A program made the position numbers and the translations under genes. Positions 62,324 to 64,000 of a stretch of DNA of 64,000 nt are shown here, one piece after another. Every line of letters begins with the position of its first letter. Within the stretch, counting starts at the first letter, position 1. The DNA is from Candidatus Kapaibacterium sp. (GTDB taxonomy: Bacteria > Bacteroidota > Ignavibacteria > Kapaibacteriales > UBA2268), in assembly GCA_963665665.1 (NCBI GenBank), contig OY762428.1:2112001-2176000 (forward strand), read 5' to 3'. The notes beneath the pieces are model-generated. The model was not told the DNA's origin and made no database searches. It worked only from the letters and a program-made list of their open reading frames with translations.

Positions 62324-63100
62324 ATGGAAAAAAAATTAAATATACTGATTGTGGATGATGAACAGATTGTTCTGGATAGTATCAAAAAAATCCTTAAAAA
62401 AGAGAAGTCTTATGAACTTAGTACGGCCCTTTGTGTGGAAGATGCATTGAAAATTATTGATAATTATAATATACAGATTATACTTACCGACCTGATGATG
62501 CCGGATATCGACGGCCTGGAATTTATTAAAATGATAAAGGACAGGGATAAGAATGTAATTATGATAATGATCACCGGATATGCAACAATTAATACTGCAC
62601 TGCAGGCCATGCAGATAGGTGCATTTGACTATATCGCAAAACCTTTTACCAGGGATGAATTGAAAAGTGTGGTGAAAAGAGCTGCCGACCTGGCTGAAAT
62701 CGTTATGAACAAAGGCCGGTCCGATGATGCTAATAAATCGACAGAACAACTATACAGCATTCAGGGAATCGGAAGGTATTCATGGATTATGATGCAGGAA
62801 GACGATACAATAATGATAGGTGTGGAAAGGCCATTCCTGATTAACGTGGGTAGCGTTCAAACACTTTATCTGCCAACTGTGGGGGATGTACTGCGCCAGG
62901 GGTCATCATATTTCCAGGTCTTTTCCAACGACCTTCGCTCCCACTCTCTGTCATCGCCGTTTTCCGGAACTGTTATTGCCGTAAATAAAACAGTTGAAAA
63001 AAATCCTGCACTATTGCAGAAAGACCCGTATGGCGAAGGCTGGCTAATCAGACTAAGGCCATCGAATTTCGAGGAAGAAAGAAAATTGTTGGGATTATAG
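62324..63100 (+). CDS. Response regulator receiver fused to a glycine-cleavage H-like domain
   Basis: IVDDE, TDLMMP.IDG, AFDYIAKPF; C-terminal SP.SG.VIAVN...DPYGEGWL..L.P. Confidence 0.88.
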   Translation: MEKKLNILIVDDEQIVLDSIKKILKKEKSYELSTALCVEDALKIIDNYNIQIILTDLMMPDIDGLEFIKMIKDRDKNVIMIMITGYATINTALQAMQIGAFDYIAKPFTRDELKSVVKRAADLAEIVMNKGRSDDANKSTEQLYSIQGIGRYSWIMMQEDDTIMIGVERPFLINVGSVQTLYLPTVGDVLRQGSSYFQVFSNDLRSHSLSSPFSGTVIAVNKTVEKNPALLQKDPYGEGWLIRLRPSNFEEERKLLGL

Positions 63101-63349
63101 CTCTCAATTTTGCTAAACTGTTTTTTGTGCTGCTTAGCATGAATTATGGAATTTGAAAACTTAATATAATTATTGCATCCAACCGCTCCTGCCCCTTACC
63201 GAACGGACTAAGATTTTCAGTTCTTTCATTCATCGGGCAGGCAGGCCGATTAAAAAAGATAAACGGCAGGTTAATAAATTTGATAATTATACTAATTAGT
63301 TACATTTACTGAAATAATTTCTAAATATTTGTATTCGGGATAAAGACAA

Positions 63350-64000
63350 ATGGGATCGTCAAAAAATCCACCTTGCGCATTTTGCAAGAGTTCGAAAGTT
63401 ATAAAACACGGAAAAACATCCACAGGTAATCCACGCTTCCGCTGCAGAAGTTGCGGAAAAACATGGGTACTTGAAAAGAACGAACCGGTAAGGCCGGATA
63501 TTGCCGATATTGCAGAAGCATATCTAAACGGCAGAACCTGCCGCGACCTTGTTAATATTTACCATAGCTCGCCACTGAGGATTAATCAGAAGATAAGGGA
63601 ATTCCTTATAGGCTGCCCCCACTGGGAAGATTATATCGACGCCGTTGTAACAAAACATGAACCCAGGATTATCAGCCTGGTGGGCAGAACGTTTTCTTGT
63701 GCCTGTAATGGTTCGAAAAATAATACAATGTTCCTTGCCCTGGCAGTAGATTCGCTTTCCACCTGCGTGCTGGGATATGAGATTGGCAAGGCCGAATCAA
63801 AAAATATTTGGCTGCGCCTGCTTGACAGGCTGAATTGCCGGGGAGTGGTTTGCCCTTCATTCATGAGCAATGGCAGCAAGGGTATAGAAGAAGCCGTTGA
63901 AACCGTATTCCCCTATGCCTCCGTTAAAATCAATTACCAGAGAGCCTACAGGGATAAAGAAATTTCTTGCTGCCTTTTCCGCCTGCCAATAAATAATAAG
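63350..64000 (+). CDS. Transposase-like protein (InsA-type Zn ribbon, HTH, degenerate DDE), runs off the window
   Basis: Open from ATG 63350 to the window end: CAFCKSSKVIKHGKTSTGNPRFRCRSCGKTW...FLALAVD...W..LL.RL..RG...SNGSKGIEEAVETVFP. Confidence 0.7.
   Translation, partial: MGSSKNPPCAFCKSSKVIKHGKTSTGNPRFRCRSCGKTWVLEKNEPVRPDIADIAEAYLNGRTCRDLVNIYHSSPLRINQKIREFLIGCPHWEDYIDAVVTKHEPRIISLVGRTFSCACNGSKNNTMFLALAVDSLSTCVLGYEIGKAESKNIWLRLLDRLNCRGVVCPSFMSNGSKGIEEAVETVFPYASVKINYQRAYRDKEISCCLFRLPINNK

Overview
A 64-kb bacterial chromosomal segment. Gene content (T9SS/FlgD-type C-terminal domain, IPTL-CTERM protein, ThyX, IorAB, ECF sigma cassette) suggests an FCB-group anaerobe, e.g. Ignavibacteria/Kapabacteria-like; this is inference only. 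Bases 1-5500 are the very AT-rich tail of a surface-polysaccharide cluster (nucleotidyltransferase, carbamoyltransferase, GT4, AsnB-type amidotransferase). Bases 5.5-12.1 kb are the most unusual part: an IS21 stub, a near-consensus sigma70 promoter followed by a boxA-like antitermination motif, a 12x21-bp palindromic tandem array, a GC-rich helical+FN3 gene, and three clusters (~19-20 copies) of a co-oriented, imperfectly palindromic 90-190-bp repeat surrounding a glycosyltransferase and a GxxExxY PD-(D/E)XK protein. The rest is mostly housekeeping, envelope and signalling genes (thyX, fpr, iorAB, ybaK, cysC, mltD, znuABC, several two-component systems). It also holds a DUF1778/GNAT toxin-antitoxin pair, an ECF sigma with a putative dual-membrane-spanning anti-sigma, a WYL regulator, a pile-up of REP-like elements with a second 12x21-bp array and an IS4-family insertion (19-bp IR, 11-bp TSD), a Fic gene, a REC-GcvH-like fusion and an apparently non-catalytic transposase-like ORF. 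No rRNA, tRNA or true CRISPR array was seen. All family assignments are by motif recognition, not database search.
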